From the IMG/VR virus record IMGVR_UViG_3300022752_000055, positions 1-64,000 of that record: DNA of 64,000 nt. The stretch is one strand, 5' to 3'. Position 1 is the stretch's first letter. Each line of letters opens with the position of its first letter. Under the pieces are notes generated by a model. The model did not search any database. It was not told the origin of the DNA and was given only the letters and a program-made list of their open reading frames with translations. Of the stretch, positions 9,825-20,124 are shown piece after piece. Origin of the DNA: a virus. Position numbers and translations under genes: made by a program.

Positions 9825-10169
9825 ATGAAATATAAATTATCAAACGAAAAATTTAGACAATTAGTTTTCAAGTTACTTAATAATGAATTGGAACAGGGTA
9901 GATTTGGTGCTTGGGTAGGTTCTTATGGGTATAGTAATTTACGAGTGAATGATGAATATGACGGACTTATGGTTCTTGTTGATGATGAAGATATAAGAAT
10001 ATATCCTGCGTTATATCAAAATATAATGGAAGCTCTTGGAATGAATATCTATCAAATAGAGGAGTTTTTACATATGTGGGCGACAACTGAATTACCCAAA
10101 AAAATGCCTTTGGGTAAAAAATACTTTTTAAGTGATAAATTTGTGGATATTATGACTTACCTCCCCTAG
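9825..10169 (+). CDS. hypothetical protein
   Basis: 114-aa ORF directly after the previous gene. Confidence 0.7.
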   Translation: MKYKLSNEKFRQLVFKLLNNELEQGRFGAWVGSYGYSNLRVNDEYDGLMVLVDDEDIRIYPALYQNIMEALGMNIYQIEEFLHMWATTELPKKMPLGKKYFLSDKFVDIMTYLP

Positions 10170-10380
10170 AAAGCTTGCGAAAATAGATATATAATCCAAA
10201 AAATACCCCCGCAATACAATACAAAACGAAGTTGGCTTTCCATAAACTTCCGGTCCATAATATTAGAGAATACTGAACGGCATCGAACCCAAAAGGATTG
10301 AAAAAAAGTGCCAACATTAAAAAGATTTGAGAGAGATTGTCTTGAAACGTTGCTCTCCATGTTTTTCTGTTTATCTCCAT
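10150..10380 (-). CDS. small membrane protein
   Basis: Hydrophobic segments FLMLALFFNPFGFD and FVLYCIAGVFFGLYIYF. Confidence 0.7.
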   Translation of the reverse strand: MEINRKTWRATFQDNLSQIFLMLALFFNPFGFDAVQYSLILWTGSLWKANFVLYCIAGVFFGLYIYFRKLSRGGKS

Positions 10381-10454
10381 CCGTCATATATTGGGATTTA
10401 AAATTTATGTTACAATAACTTTTATAATACTTATAAATATCCTATCTTTGTTTT

Positions 10455-10961
10455 ATGAAAACAATTTTCCTTGATATTGATGGTGTATTGGCAACCTACA
10501 AGCAATATGTAATGAATAAAAAAAAATTTCAGGACAAAAACCCTATTGCGAAAGAATTAAATATAGCATATCCGTTTGACCCCAAGTGTGTTAAGATATT
10601 TAATGAAATATTGGATGAGACCGGTGCGAATATTGTATTGAGTTCAGATTGGAAAGAACTTTTTAATTTAAAAGAGTTGGATAAGATTTTTAAATTCAAC
10701 GGAGTTAATAAATCACCAATTGATGTTACAATAAGTGAACTTGCATCATTCGGTAATCAAACTATGAATAGGGCGTTTCAAATAGGGGAATACGTAACGA
10801 GAAACAATATCACAAATTATGTTGTTATTGATGATTTGAATGTTGGTAAGTATATGGTGATAACGAATGAGGAGAATAAGTTTGTTTTAACCAATGATTT
10901 TGAGGGGATTAAACAATTAAGTATAAAAAATAAAATTATAAACATTTTAAATAATGATTGA
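10455..10961 (+). CDS. HAD-superfamily phosphatase (Swiss Army Knife RNA-repair-like HAD)
   Basis: FLDIDGVL, IVLSSDW, YVVIDD; TATCTTTG promoter at 10443-10450. Confidence 0.85.
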   Translation: MKTIFLDIDGVLATYKQYVMNKKKFQDKNPIAKELNIAYPFDPKCVKIFNEILDETGANIVLSSDWKELFNLKELDKIFKFNGVNKSPIDVTISELASFGNQTMNRAFQIGEYVTRNNITNYVVIDDLNVGKYMVITNEENKFVLTNDFEGIKQLSIKNKIINILNND

Positions 10962-11139
10962 TTTAAGAAAAATTTTGGAAGAAGAAGGTGTTATGAGAAA
11001 ATACGAAGGCGTTGCACCGGAAGGATTTGTTTTGGTTCACGAAAAAACATTGGAAGAATTAAAGATTTTTGATGTTTGGAAAGAATGGAAAAATGATGCG
11101 ATAACCATTAAAGAGATGAATAACAAAAATTTTGAATGA
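10954..11139 (+). CDS. hypothetical protein
   Basis: 61-aa ORF overlapping the HAD stop codon. Confidence 0.6.
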   Translation: MIDLRKILEEEGVMRKYEGVAPEGFVLVHEKTLEELKIFDVWKEWKNDAITIKEMNNKNFE

Positions 11140-11158
11140 TTTTGGATATTTATTAATT

Positions 11159-12529
11159 ATGGATAAAACAAGAAAATTAGTAGAAATTATTGAAAACCGA
11201 AATAAGTTAAAACAAATTAATGAAGGTCCTAGTATGGTTAAACTAAGTAACACTAGTTACCCAAATGTTAAATTTGATAACGACGGAACTAAAAATGATT
11301 ATGTTAACGATGCATTATTAAACGACATAAATAGGGCTGCCCAGGCGGCAGGAATTGTTGCAACAATAACAACCGCAAAAACAGGTCACAACTCTCTTAC
11401 AATTAATGGTCGTCCAAGCAGACATATGACAGGAATGGGTGTTGATGTTGCAATTTTAGATGGGATAGGGTCTGGCGGAGCGACTAATTCACGTAATGGT
11501 ATTGCTAGTTTTAGAGAAAAAGGTAATAACTTAAAAAATGCGTTAGTTTCTATGGGTTATGTGTGGAATGTGGAATCAGGGAACGATAAGGCGGTTCTTT
11601 GGCAAACAGACACCGGAGGAAATCATTACAATCACTTACACATATCTAATAAATCGGGTGAGTCTGAAACTAACCCGAGTAATCAAGAACAAAAACCGGG
11701 AGAAGAACAAAAATCGGGAGAAGAAAAAAAAACAGGTGAAAATTCGTCATCATCTAATTTATCTTCAGTTGCTTCTGACTTAACTAAAAAAGTAAGCGGA
11801 GGTAGAGGGGGTATGCGTTATTCTGATTCAGACACTCTTTTGGCTGACCTTGCAGCAAGTTTTTTAAATATGAAAGAATCTAGAGAATATAGTAATTTTG
11901 GTAAAAATGCTTCCATAGGGGAAAATAAAATTGTATTGCCTTCATCAGATAACACAACAATAGACGCACCAATCTCCGGTAAAATAGTAAAAACAAATCA
12001 ACTAGGGTGTAGAAATGAATTATCAATACTACATGAAGTTAATGGAGAGGAATACTATTTAACGTATTGTGATATAACTAATCCATCAGTTAGTATTGGT
12101 GATAATGTTAGAAGAGGAACAAGATTAGGTTCAATATCAAATGACATCTCAATTTACGTTTTTAATTTATTAGGTCAAAAGTTAGATTTTTTATCGGTTG
12201 GGAAAGAGGAGAAAAAAAATAAAAGAAATAAAGAAGAGAAAAATAAAGAAGTCAAAAAAAAGAAATATAGTAAAGACGATAGTTATACCTATTATGGTTC
12301 AAGTAACAAAAGAAGATACTCTGACCCAGACGATTTTGTTGTTGACGCATTAAAGTTGCCGTTTAAAGTTTTAAGTAGTTTAACTAAGGGAGGGTTAAAG
12401 TCCGTAACAAGCAAAAAAGTTGACGATGAAGAAACAGGTAAACCATTTGAACTTCCGGGTGGATTAAAATCCGTAACAAGTAAAAAAGTTGATGAGGAAA
12501 TTGAAAGAATTAAAAGATTATTAAAATAA
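11159..12529 (+). CDS. putative virion-associated peptidoglycan peptidase (M15-like plus degenerate M23-like domain)
   Basis: SRHMTGMGVDV...HYNHLHIS; IDAPISGKIV...SVSIGDNVRRGTRLG; start moved to MDKTRKL. Confidence 0.7.
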   Translation: MDKTRKLVEIIENRNKLKQINEGPSMVKLSNTSYPNVKFDNDGTKNDYVNDALLNDINRAAQAAGIVATITTAKTGHNSLTINGRPSRHMTGMGVDVAILDGIGSGGATNSRNGIASFREKGNNLKNALVSMGYVWNVESGNDKAVLWQTDTGGNHYNHLHISNKSGESETNPSNQEQKPGEEQKSGEEKKTGENSSSSNLSSVASDLTKKVSGGRGGMRYSDSDTLLADLAASFLNMKESREYSNFGKNASIGENKIVLPSSDNTTIDAPISGKIVKTNQLGCRNELSILHEVNGEEYYLTYCDITNPSVSIGDNVRRGTRLGSISNDISIYVFNLLGQKLDFLSVGKEEKKNKRNKEEKNKEVKKKKYSKDDSYTYYGSSNKRRYSDPDDFVVDALKLPFKVLSSLTKGGLKSVTSKKVDDEETGKPFELPGGLKSVTSKKVDEEIERIKRLLK

Positions 12530-12553
12530 AAAAACCCACCAAAAGGTGGGTTT
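12528..12553. terminator. bidirectional terminator between convergent genes
   Basis: A7-CCCACC-AAAA-GGTGGG-TTT. Confidence 0.8.
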
Positions 12554-12579
12554 AAAGTTTTCAACCTATTTTAAGTAAA

Positions 12580-12756
12580 TTATTTTGTTGTATCTACTGC
12601 GGTCTTAGTTGAATCACAACAAACTTTAGTTGAATCACAAGATACACTTGTAGAATCACAAACTTTTGTTGAATCAGTTGTTGTTGGTGTTGTTTTAGTT
12701 TCTCCACCACACGATGTCAATGCTACGATTGAAAGGATTGTTACGATTTTTTTCAT
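12580..12756 (-). CDS. small lipoprotein with DST repeats (not in the ORF track)
   Basis: MKKIVTILSIVALTSC lipobox, then GGETKTTPTTTDSTKVCDSTSVSCDSTKVCCDSTKTAVDTTK. Confidence 0.8.
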   Translation of the reverse strand: MKKIVTILSIVALTSCGGETKTTPTTTDSTKVCDSTSVSCDSTKVCCDSTKTAVDTTK

Positions 12757-12843
12757 TTTAATTTTTAATTTTTAATTTTTAATTAGTTTCATTTATAAAT
12801 ATATCAAACATTGGTTGAATTGTCAATTTTTATTTATTTTTTA

Positions 12844-13188
12844 TTAAAATAATATTTGAACGACAATAATAAGAAGTGCCAACAATAATGACAATATTGT
12901 TTTTAATGTAAAAGGTTCCTTAAATAAGGAATAACTCATAACTGAGAAAACAATCATCCCCAACGCAAATCCAATAATCCTACTAGGCCAAATTTCACCA
13001 TTAAATGCCTTTATAAAATATTTAACAGATTCCATAAAAAGCCAACTTATTGGAATACTAAGAAGTAATAATAAAATCTTATACTTATCATACCAACCGT
13101 ATTTATGACTAACTTGTAGTTGAAAAAAAGTTAAAATTTGTGCTACCAATCCATATAAAATGGCGTTAACTATATTTGAAAAGTTCAT
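12844..13188 (-). CDS. four-TM membrane protein, DMT/SMR-like
   Basis: Four hydrophobic helices; SYSLFKEPFTLK motif. Confidence 0.65.
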   Translation of the reverse strand: MNFSNIVNAILYGLVAQILTFFQLQVSHKYGWYDKYKILLLLLSIPISWLFMESVKYFIKAFNGEIWPSRIIGFALGMIVFSVMSYSLFKEPFTLKTILSLLLALLIIVVQILF

Positions 13189-13318
13189 TCTGTAAAAATA
13201 GTAATTTATATTAAGGAATCAAAGAAATATCCATTCATTAATAAATAGATAATCTATGTTTAAAAAAAAAATTTGTCTAATTAATTTTTTTTATTTAGTT
13301 TTGTGGAAATTAAAAGTT

Positions 13319-13639
13319 ATGAAAAATATTAAAGATTTTTACGAGAAAAATAAAACACGAATTTTTATTGCGGTTTTATTCATTGCATTAATATGTTTTG
13401 AAATTAGTTATTTTAACTTATCTGATAAAGTAAAACAAAAAGAAACAGAAATTAAATTATTAAATAAAAAATACTTACCTTGTGATAGTTTAAAAATCAG
13501 AGTAGACAGTCTTGAGAATGAATTGTTTATTTTAAACACAGAATTGACCCGACATGAAATCACAAGAGAAGAAATATTTCATAAATACCCTAAGGTAGGG
13601 GAAGAATATCAATATTTTATCACAAATTTTACAGAGTAA
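13319..13639 (+). CDS. membrane-anchored coiled-coil protein
   Basis: N-terminal TM segment then coiled coil; start moved to MKNIKDF. Confidence 0.65.
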   Translation: MKNIKDFYEKNKTRIFIAVLFIALICFEISYFNLSDKVKQKETEIKLLNKKYLPCDSLKIRVDSLENELFILNTELTRHEITREEIFHKYPKVGEEYQYFITNFTE

Positions 13640-13654
13640 ATAAAAAAAACAAAT

Positions 13655-14332
13655 ATGAATAATCAATTAGAATTTCAAAAGTATTACACCAAACATTTGG
13701 GTAAAGGTTCATTAGACCTACACTATCACAATCAAGTTATTGAATCATCTATGACACCTTATATCCTTGAGGAAAGGGAAATGAGGGTTACACAGATGGA
13801 TATCTTTTCAAGATTACTTCGTGACAGAATATTATGGGTTGCAGGAGTTGTTGATGATAGAATGTCAACAGTAGTTCAAGCTCAACTTATGTTCTTGGAT
13901 AATACAGACAAGGCGGATATTACAATGCATATTGACTCCGGTGGAGGCTCGGTCAAATCAGGTCTTTCTATGGTTGATGTTATGAATTATATTGCTTGTG
14001 ATGTAAGAACTGTCAATACAGGAATGGCGGCTTCTATGGGTTCCGTATTGCTCGGAGCGGGCACAAAAGGTAAAAGAAGTTCATTGAGATTTTCAAGAAC
14101 TATGTTACATCAATCATCAGGAGGGTTTAGTGGTAACATTCAAGATGCCGAAATTGATATGAAAGAGTGGCATAAAGTTAATAAAACCCTTTTCGAACTC
14201 CTTGGTGAGTATTGTGGAAAACCTGCGGAAAAAGTAATGAAAGATGCTCAAAGAGACTTATGGTTGGATAGTCAGGAATCTTTAGATTATGGTATTATTG
14301 ATGAAATTGTTAAAACAAAAAAAATTAAATAA
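13655..14332 (+). CDS. clpP: ATP-dependent Clp protease proteolytic subunit
   Basis: DIFSRLLRDRI; catalytic Ser (GMAASMG), His (MLHQ) and Asp (RDLWL). Confidence 0.96.
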   Translation: MNNQLEFQKYYTKHLGKGSLDLHYHNQVIESSMTPYILEEREMRVTQMDIFSRLLRDRILWVAGVVDDRMSTVVQAQLMFLDNTDKADITMHIDSGGGSVKSGLSMVDVMNYIACDVRTVNTGMAASMGSVLLGAGTKGKRSSLRFSRTMLHQSSGGFSGNIQDAEIDMKEWHKVNKTLFELLGEYCGKPAEKVMKDAQRDLWLDSQESLDYGIIDEIVKTKKIK

Positions 14333-14341
14333 AAAATAAGG

Positions 14342-15064
14342 TCAGGAATCTGACCTTATTTTTTTATATTGATTCGCAATTCTACCTGTACCTAAAAAAT
14401 CGCCCCAACTAATCCACCCTCTTTTTTTATAATATCGCTCAGGTCTATTTGGAATGTTTTTAGGTAATTTGTTTTCCTTAGCAAATTTTTTATACTCAAC
14501 ACCGGAATTAATTTTTAAATCTTTAATTGTTTTTTTTGATTCCTCATATGAGATATAAGACACTAAATTATCCCAAACTTTATTTGTCCCCAAAAAATCC
14601 CCCCAACTAATCCATCCTTTTTTTAAATAAACTTCTCTAGGGTTTGATGGTATAAAGTCAGGAATATTATTAATGTTAATATACCACTTACTTTTAGAAG
14701 TTACTTTTAAATTTTGTTTAACCCAATCTTTTACTTCGGTATAACTCATTTTGTATTTAATTCCTGAACCCCCCTCACCACCTTCTGATGTGTTTGTTAA
14801 ATTATTAAATTTAGATAGGTAGTATTTTTCTCTTTCCTGCCAAATAATTTTATCGCACTCCTCTAAAATGATAAAATCAATTTGATAATTTTCTTTTATA
14901 ATCCAATAATCTTTGTGGGTTAATTTTTTATTTTTTTTAAAATCGTATTTGGTATTATGAATATGTCTTTTTTTTCGATGTTCGGGATTATCGGATTTCC
15001 CAACGTATCTAATGATATCAGGTTTTTTTTTACTAACTAAACCATAAATAAATGTTTTTTTCAT
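14342..15064 (-). CDS. GIY-YIG homing endonuclease with W-rich repeats
   Basis: FIYGL...YVGKS..P..R...H, then E and N motifs; two IP.NP/RP...KGWISWGDFLGT repeats. Confidence 0.8.
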   Translation of the reverse strand: MKKTFIYGLVSKKKPDIIRYVGKSDNPEHRKKRHIHNTKYDFKKNKKLTHKDYWIIKENYQIDFIILEECDKIIWQEREKYYLSKFNNLTNTSEGGEGGSGIKYKMSYTEVKDWVKQNLKVTSKSKWYININNIPDFIPSNPREVYLKKGWISWGDFLGTNKVWDNLVSYISYEESKKTIKDLKINSGVEYKKFAKENKLPKNIPNRPERYYKKRGWISWGDFLGTGRIANQYKKIRSDS

Positions 15065-15133
15065 ACCTATAAATATAATAAAAAACAAAAAAAATCATAG
15101 TTATTATTCAGGTGGTCTAGTTTTATTTTTAAT

Positions 15134-15166
15134 AAAAAAAAGGGTGTCTTTCGACACCCTCTTTTT
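15134..15166. terminator. bidirectional terminator
   Basis: AGGGTGTC-TTTC-GACACCCT flanked by A and T runs. Confidence 0.8.
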
Positions 15167-15239
15167 AGATTTGGAATACCCCCTTTTTTTTTAAAAAAGA
15201 CCCGATTTATATCCCAAAGTATTACTCCTTGAGAGTAAG

Positions 15240-15932
15240 TTAACCCATAGCCAATCCTCCTGTTAGAGAGTCTATGGTTGGAATTTTACTTCCAGCATTT
15301 TTTACAGCATCAGATATACTTTTCGCCTTTCCTCCGAACATATTAAACAATTCACATACTTTACCTGAAAGTTTTTCTTCAAGACTTGACACAACTTCGG
15401 TATCTTTAAGAGAATTTCCCATTGTGTTTCTTAAGATGTCAGATATAAATCCGCCAAATTCTTTTTTTTCTAGAAAATTCATTAATGTTGCTTCAATAAG
15501 GGATTCTGCGATTAATCTTGTTAGTGTTTTACAATCTACAAAAGCCTTTATTAAATCTCCGGGTCTTGATGTTAAGTATGATATCATAAATTTTTTAAAA
15601 AATCCATTTGATGTAAAACCTAATTTAGTTAAAATCTTATCGATGATAGGTTCTGCTAACGTCTCAACTCCACCACCAAATAATCCTTTTAACATTCCCC
15701 ACAAATTAAAGTCCTCACTAATCAATCCTTCTTCATTTATTTTACGAAGTTCAACAATCGTTTCTCCAAAAATTGAGACTTGCTTATGTCGTGGTAAAAA
15801 TTTAAAAGTTTTAGAATTATATTCACCTTCAGCAATTAACTTTAATCGTGAGACTATAATTTTCTCTTCAATCATTAAGTTATCTTTCTTTTCTTTTATT
15901 TCTAAAAGTTTTTTTCTTATTTCTTTTTTCAT
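15240..15932 (-). CDS. putative virion protein
   Basis: Last gene of the 20361-15240 operon; several I/L-x-E sites in the N-terminal 75 aa. Confidence 0.7.
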   Translation of the reverse strand: MKKEIRKKLLEIKEKKDNLMIEEKIIVSRLKLIAEGEYNSKTFKFLPRHKQVSIFGETIVELRKINEEGLISEDFNLWGMLKGLFGGGVETLAEPIIDKILTKLGFTSNGFFKKFMISYLTSRPGDLIKAFVDCKTLTRLIAESLIEATLMNFLEKKEFGGFISDILRNTMGNSLKDTEVVSSLEEKLSGKVCELFNMFGGKAKSISDAVKNAGSKIPTIDSLTGGLAMG

Positions 15933-15938
15933 ATAAAA

Positions 15939-17099
15939 TTAGTTATTGTTATCAAGTCTATAAGCATTTTGTCTTTCAGGAGGTGTTCCAATTGGATTTT
16001 CTTTACCTGAGAAGAAATCAACGATATCGTCCATTTTTCTCGAACCACCCATAAATCCTAAATTCCAATTACCTTCACATTTTCCTTGTGATTTTTTCAA
16101 ATCTTTAGAACAGAATCTTCTTTTACATGCTTGGGCGTTTCTTTTCATTTCTTGGAATGCGGTTGTTGTTGCGTCAACACCATTCTCATATCCTCTCATA
16201 TATTCAACCAAAACTCCTTTACAATCTCTTTTATCAACCTGTTTAAATTCTGATTCTTGACTTACAACACCTCTCGATGCGGTTCTAACATCTTTCAAAC
16301 ATGCCGGGTTAACAAATATCTTCAAACCTTCTTTAACACCATATTCCGCACCACCAACAACATCAACTAAACTCCATTTAGGTTCCACTAAAGGTTGCTC
16401 GGCTTGGAATGCCCAACAAAAACTTCCGGGGTTATTGGGGTCTACTTTATCTTTGGTTCTTTGAAATCTATTTCCATATCTATTAATTAAAAAATCAATA
16501 ACTTCTGTTTGTTCTGCAGAGCCAGCTCCTCCAATAGTTTTTCCTTTTTTCTTAAAATAATCTTTACCATTAATTTTTTTCTGTTCGTAGAATTGAGGGT
16601 CAGAAAGGTTTATATTTGCAGCTTTGGCTTCATCATATGTCATCCATCCACCGGCTTTTATTTCTTGGTCGCTAGCGGTTGCTTTGAAATCGTCTGATTG
16701 TGCGGTTAACCCGGCACATTTCCATTTATATGTACCTTTTTTAACCCAAGAATTATTTGCCACCTTTGTTCCATCATATACATCAAATGTCATATCATTT
16801 TTGTATACTAGAACATCACCTGTAACATATTTAGGTTTATTAGTAACAGCACTTAATGAACCGTCTTTAGTTGCGGTAATTTTAATTGCCCTATTTCCAC
16901 CTACCTTGACAAAAGACCCATTTTTTAATGTGGGACAAACACTTTTAGCCTTTGTTATAAGGTCATTACCTGTTGGCGCAGCAAGTTGTTCGGATAAAAA
17001 TATTTTTTCTTCTAATTTATTTTCTAAAATAAATTTATAATCTTTATGTTGTTTTAATATTTCATTTTTTTCCGATTCTGATACTATAAATTTTTTCAT
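15939..17099 (-). CDS. leader-bearing putative virion protein (class D leader)
   Basis: MKKFIVSESEKNEILKQH. Confidence 0.75.
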   Translation of the reverse strand: MKKFIVSESEKNEILKQHKDYKFILENKLEEKIFLSEQLAAPTGNDLITKAKSVCPTLKNGSFVKVGGNRAIKITATKDGSLSAVTNKPKYVTGDVLVYKNDMTFDVYDGTKVANNSWVKKGTYKWKCAGLTAQSDDFKATASDQEIKAGGWMTYDEAKAANINLSDPQFYEQKKINGKDYFKKKGKTIGGAGSAEQTEVIDFLINRYGNRFQRTKDKVDPNNPGSFCWAFQAEQPLVEPKWSLVDVVGGAEYGVKEGLKIFVNPACLKDVRTASRGVVSQESEFKQVDKRDCKGVLVEYMRGYENGVDATTTAFQEMKRNAQACKRRFCSKDLKKSQGKCEGNWNLGFMGGSRKMDDIVDFFSGKENPIGTPPERQNAYRLDNNN

Positions 17100-17124
17100 T
17101 ATTTTTTTAATTTTATTTTAAATT

Positions 17125-18324
17125 TTATGCTACTTCTTCATCGTCAGTTGATGTTGTTGTTGTTTTTGTTGACGTTGTTGATGTTTGATTTAAATCGGTA
17201 TCCTCATCTTCATCATCCTCGAATGGTGTTGAGGTTGTTGTAGTTTTATTACAAACTTTGTCATAGGAATCCTGTGTAATCTCTGTTCCGGAAACACCCG
17301 CTCTTTCCAAATACCCTTGTGTAATAGTTCCAAAATTACCTGTTTGATACTTAGCAGGCATATTTAAACAAGCTTGAATTTCTTTTATTTTATTATTTTT
17401 ACAATTTTGACTAATTGGGAATGTTTCAGGACATGAAGTGTATTTACTTCCTCCTCCTGTACCACCACCTGTACCACCACCACCACCATCAACCGGAGGT
17501 GTATCAGGAAATTCCGGTGGTAATGGGTCTCCTGAATCTTTCATAAAGTACCATATAACAGCACCAGCAATACCTAATCTTAACGCCCACTTTCTTATAT
17601 CTTTCCAAGGCCAATTTTTTACTTTTTTAAATTTTTCTAAAAAAGATGAATCATTTTTTAAGTTATTTGCAGTATTTTTAGATTCTTTCGCAACTGCTTC
17701 AGCATCTTTAGTTACGGTACCCGCATCTTTAGTTACGGTACTCGCATCTTTAGTTACAGTACTCGCATCTTTAGTTACAGTACCTGTATTTTTAGTTACA
17801 GTACTCGCATCTTTAGTTACAGTACCTGCAGCAACTTCCAAATCTTTATAATTTTTAACAACCGCATTTGCAGTTGCTTCAGGGTATCCACTGTTTTTTA
17901 ATAATGCTAAACGGTCTGCTTCACTTGCATTTTTAAACTGCGTTGCAACCTTATCTTTATTATTATTAAATAAATTCTTACTGTAAGATTCCACAGCACC
18001 ATCAAACAAACCTGGATTTGCATTTTTAATTCTACTACCATCTTTTAAAACATCTTTAGTGAAGGCTGCTAAATCTTTTGCAGCTGCTTTACCAGCGGCT
18101 GCATTCTTAATAAAATTTTCCGCATTAGTGGCGTTACCTTTAAATATAGAAAAATCTTTTACTGTGCTTGAAAGGGCTTTAATGTCACCACCAAGAAGTT
18201 TTACAAAAAGTCCTCTTGATTGTTCGTTTATAAAATTAATTTCATAATTCTCACTAAGTGTTAAATTAGTATCATACGAACTTAATAATTTAAATTTTTT
18301 TATTTCCTCGTTTAACGTATTCAT
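17125..18324 (-). CDS. putative virion protein with heptad repeats, a TM helix and a PG-binding-like C-terminal domain
   Basis: MNTLNEEIKKFKLLSSYD leader; TVTKDAS repeats; LGIAGAVIWYF; IKEIQACL...GNFGTITQ. Confidence 0.7.
   Translation of the reverse strand: MNTLNEEIKKFKLLSSYDTNLTLSENYEINFINEQSRGLFVKLLGGDIKALSSTVKDFSIFKGNATNAENFIKNAAAGKAAAKDLAAFTKDVLKDGSRIKNANPGLFDGAVESYSKNLFNNNKDKVATQFKNASEADRLALLKNSGYPEATANAVVKNYKDLEVAAGTVTKDASTVTKNTGTVTKDASTVTKDASTVTKDAGTVTKDAEAVAKESKNTANNLKNDSSFLEKFKKVKNWPWKDIRKWALRLGIAGAVIWYFMKDSGDPLPPEFPDTPPVDGGGGGTGGGTGGGSKYTSCPETFPISQNCKNNKIKEIQACLNMPAKYQTGNFGTITQGYLERAGVSGTEITQDSYDKVCNKTTTTSTPFEDDEDEDTDLNQTSTTSTKTTTTSTDDEEVA
17702..17827. repeat. 21-bp coding tandem repeat, 6 copies
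   Basis: GCATCTTTAGTTAC(G/A)GTAC(C/T)C units encode TVTKDA(S/G). Confidence 0.9.
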
Positions 18325-18349
18325 ATTTATATTATTATTTATTTTATTT

Positions 18350-19582
18350 TTATAATCCTTGACTAAAGTCAAATTCTGCATTATTTAAATTAATATTTTC
18401 TTCCGGTTTTTCTCCTCCGCCTATCTTTTCAGCTCCGTATACTATTCCGGTTGTATTTACAAGTGATTGTCCTCCTTTACCCAATTTACCACCACCTAAG
18501 ACTTTTGACACCGTCCTACCTGGTGCCGAAACCACATTAAAAGCCCCTTTTAATATTTTTCCTATTGAATCAAGAATATTTTTCAGTATCTTACCCAACC
18601 CATTTATAATACCACTGAACCAACTATAAATTTTTGGTGAATTCTTTGAAAGATATTTACCAACTTCCGCCATTCTACTTGAAGCCCCTGCAGCACCTTT
18701 TTGTATGGTTTCTAACATACCTTTAAAAACCGGTGATGATTTTGCCGCTTTTGATAAACCTTGAGTAGAAGTTCCAAATTGTTTAAATATCCCTGAAATT
18801 GTTGCCTTTGAACTTTTTGCCGCCGCACCTGCAAAAACAAGACCAATAATATCGATTCCTGTGAAAAGTAATCTCATTATCATATTTTCGTCTTTATTTT
18901 CATAATCCCCTGTAGATAATTCATATATATCTAAGGCAACAACAACACCCCATACAACAAATTGAACGCCTTTTCCAATTCCTGTAGCCACTAAAATTGC
19001 GTCAAGAATTAATCCAACAGGATGATATAACGCACTTCTTAATTTTCTTGCCAAAAAAAGAGCTCCTTTTTTTAATATATTCAAGACATCAGACCATTCG
19101 CCTTTAGATAGTGCATTTTTGAATTTGTCTAACCCATTCCCAATTGTTTTTACAGTACTTGTAATCCCTGAGTAAGCTTCTTTCCCTTTTTGTTTAGCCC
19201 AATTAGTGAAATCCGAAACGCCTGATTTAATAGACCCCAAAATATCTTCATTCATAAGAACCATAAATTCTTCCTTCAAAGAATTTGAATTTCCTTCATT
19301 AATAACTAAAGAATTTAAACCCGTTCTAAACTCCTCAACTAAGGTTTCTGGTAAGTTATGGTTTGAATTTAAAGAACTTTCAAAAAATAATTTGAAATTA
19401 GATAAGTTTTCCCAAACATTACCCAAACATTTTTTTTCTTCTATATCATACAATTCATCTAAAAAAATTGCATATTTTTCATCTAAACTTAACATTTCAA
19501 CTATGGCAACATTTTTTCTTATAAGGCCGTGACTTTCTAAAATTAAATTTCTTTCCTTATTACTGATATTAAAATTTTTCAT
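18350..19582 (-). CDS. putative virion protein with hydrophobic and amphipathic Gly/Ala helices
   Basis: Class D leader; GLILDAILVATGIG, VVWGVVVALD, LLFTGIDIIGLVFAG. Confidence 0.7.
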   Translation of the reverse strand: MKNFNISNKERNLILESHGLIRKNVAIVEMLSLDEKYAIFLDELYDIEEKKCLGNVWENLSNFKLFFESSLNSNHNLPETLVEEFRTGLNSLVINEGNSNSLKEEFMVLMNEDILGSIKSGVSDFTNWAKQKGKEAYSGITSTVKTIGNGLDKFKNALSKGEWSDVLNILKKGALFLARKLRSALYHPVGLILDAILVATGIGKGVQFVVWGVVVALDIYELSTGDYENKDENMIMRLLFTGIDIIGLVFAGAAAKSSKATISGIFKQFGTSTQGLSKAAKSSPVFKGMLETIQKGAAGASSRMAEVGKYLSKNSPKIYSWFSGIINGLGKILKNILDSIGKILKGAFNVVSAPGRTVSKVLGGGKLGKGGQSLVNTTGIVYGAEKIGGGEKPEENINLNNAEFDFSQGL

Positions 19583-20091
19583 TATATTCCGTATTTAAGT
19601 TCTTCTTTTGTTTTAACAGTACATATTTTATTTTTTTTGTTATTTCCTGTAGAACACCAATCTTTAATTTGACCTGAGATTGTATTGACAACTTTATCCA
19701 TAAATCCACCTGAAAACCATTCACCTTCAATTGCATCATAAATTGTTTCTTTACCAATTGTTGGATATGCTTTTAAAACTCCAATAGAATTAGGTAAAGA
19801 TGTAAAAATTTTTGATGTAACATAATCAGTATCTCTTCTTCCTATACCCTCAATAGTTTTATAAAAAGCTGCGCAACTTTTAGGGATATCAATTGTTGGG
19901 GTTCCGGGATTAATTGGAATGTTATTTGGATATTTCATAAATTGTTTTGCAATTTCATTAAAATATTTCATATCCTCATCTTGTTCTTGGATTAAAATTC
20001 TATTTTCATTTAAAGTTTTTGATGAGTCATAATTCATCATTAATTTAATTCTATCTATAGATTCTTCCGGATTATATTTGTCGTGTACCAT
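19582..20091 (-). CDS. putative virion protein
   Basis: EESIDRIKLMMNYDSSKTLNEN is shared with the N-terminus of 17125-18324. Confidence 0.7.
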   Translation of the reverse strand: MVHDKYNPEESIDRIKLMMNYDSSKTLNENRILIQEQDEDMKYFNEIAKQFMKYPNNIPINPGTPTIDIPKSCAAFYKTIEGIGRRDTDYVTSKIFTSLPNSIGVLKAYPTIGKETIYDAIEGEWFSGGFMDKVVNTISGQIKDWCSTGNNKKNKICTVKTKEELKYGI

Positions 20092-20124
20092 ATTAAATTA
20101 TTTTTATTTATAAATATACTATAA

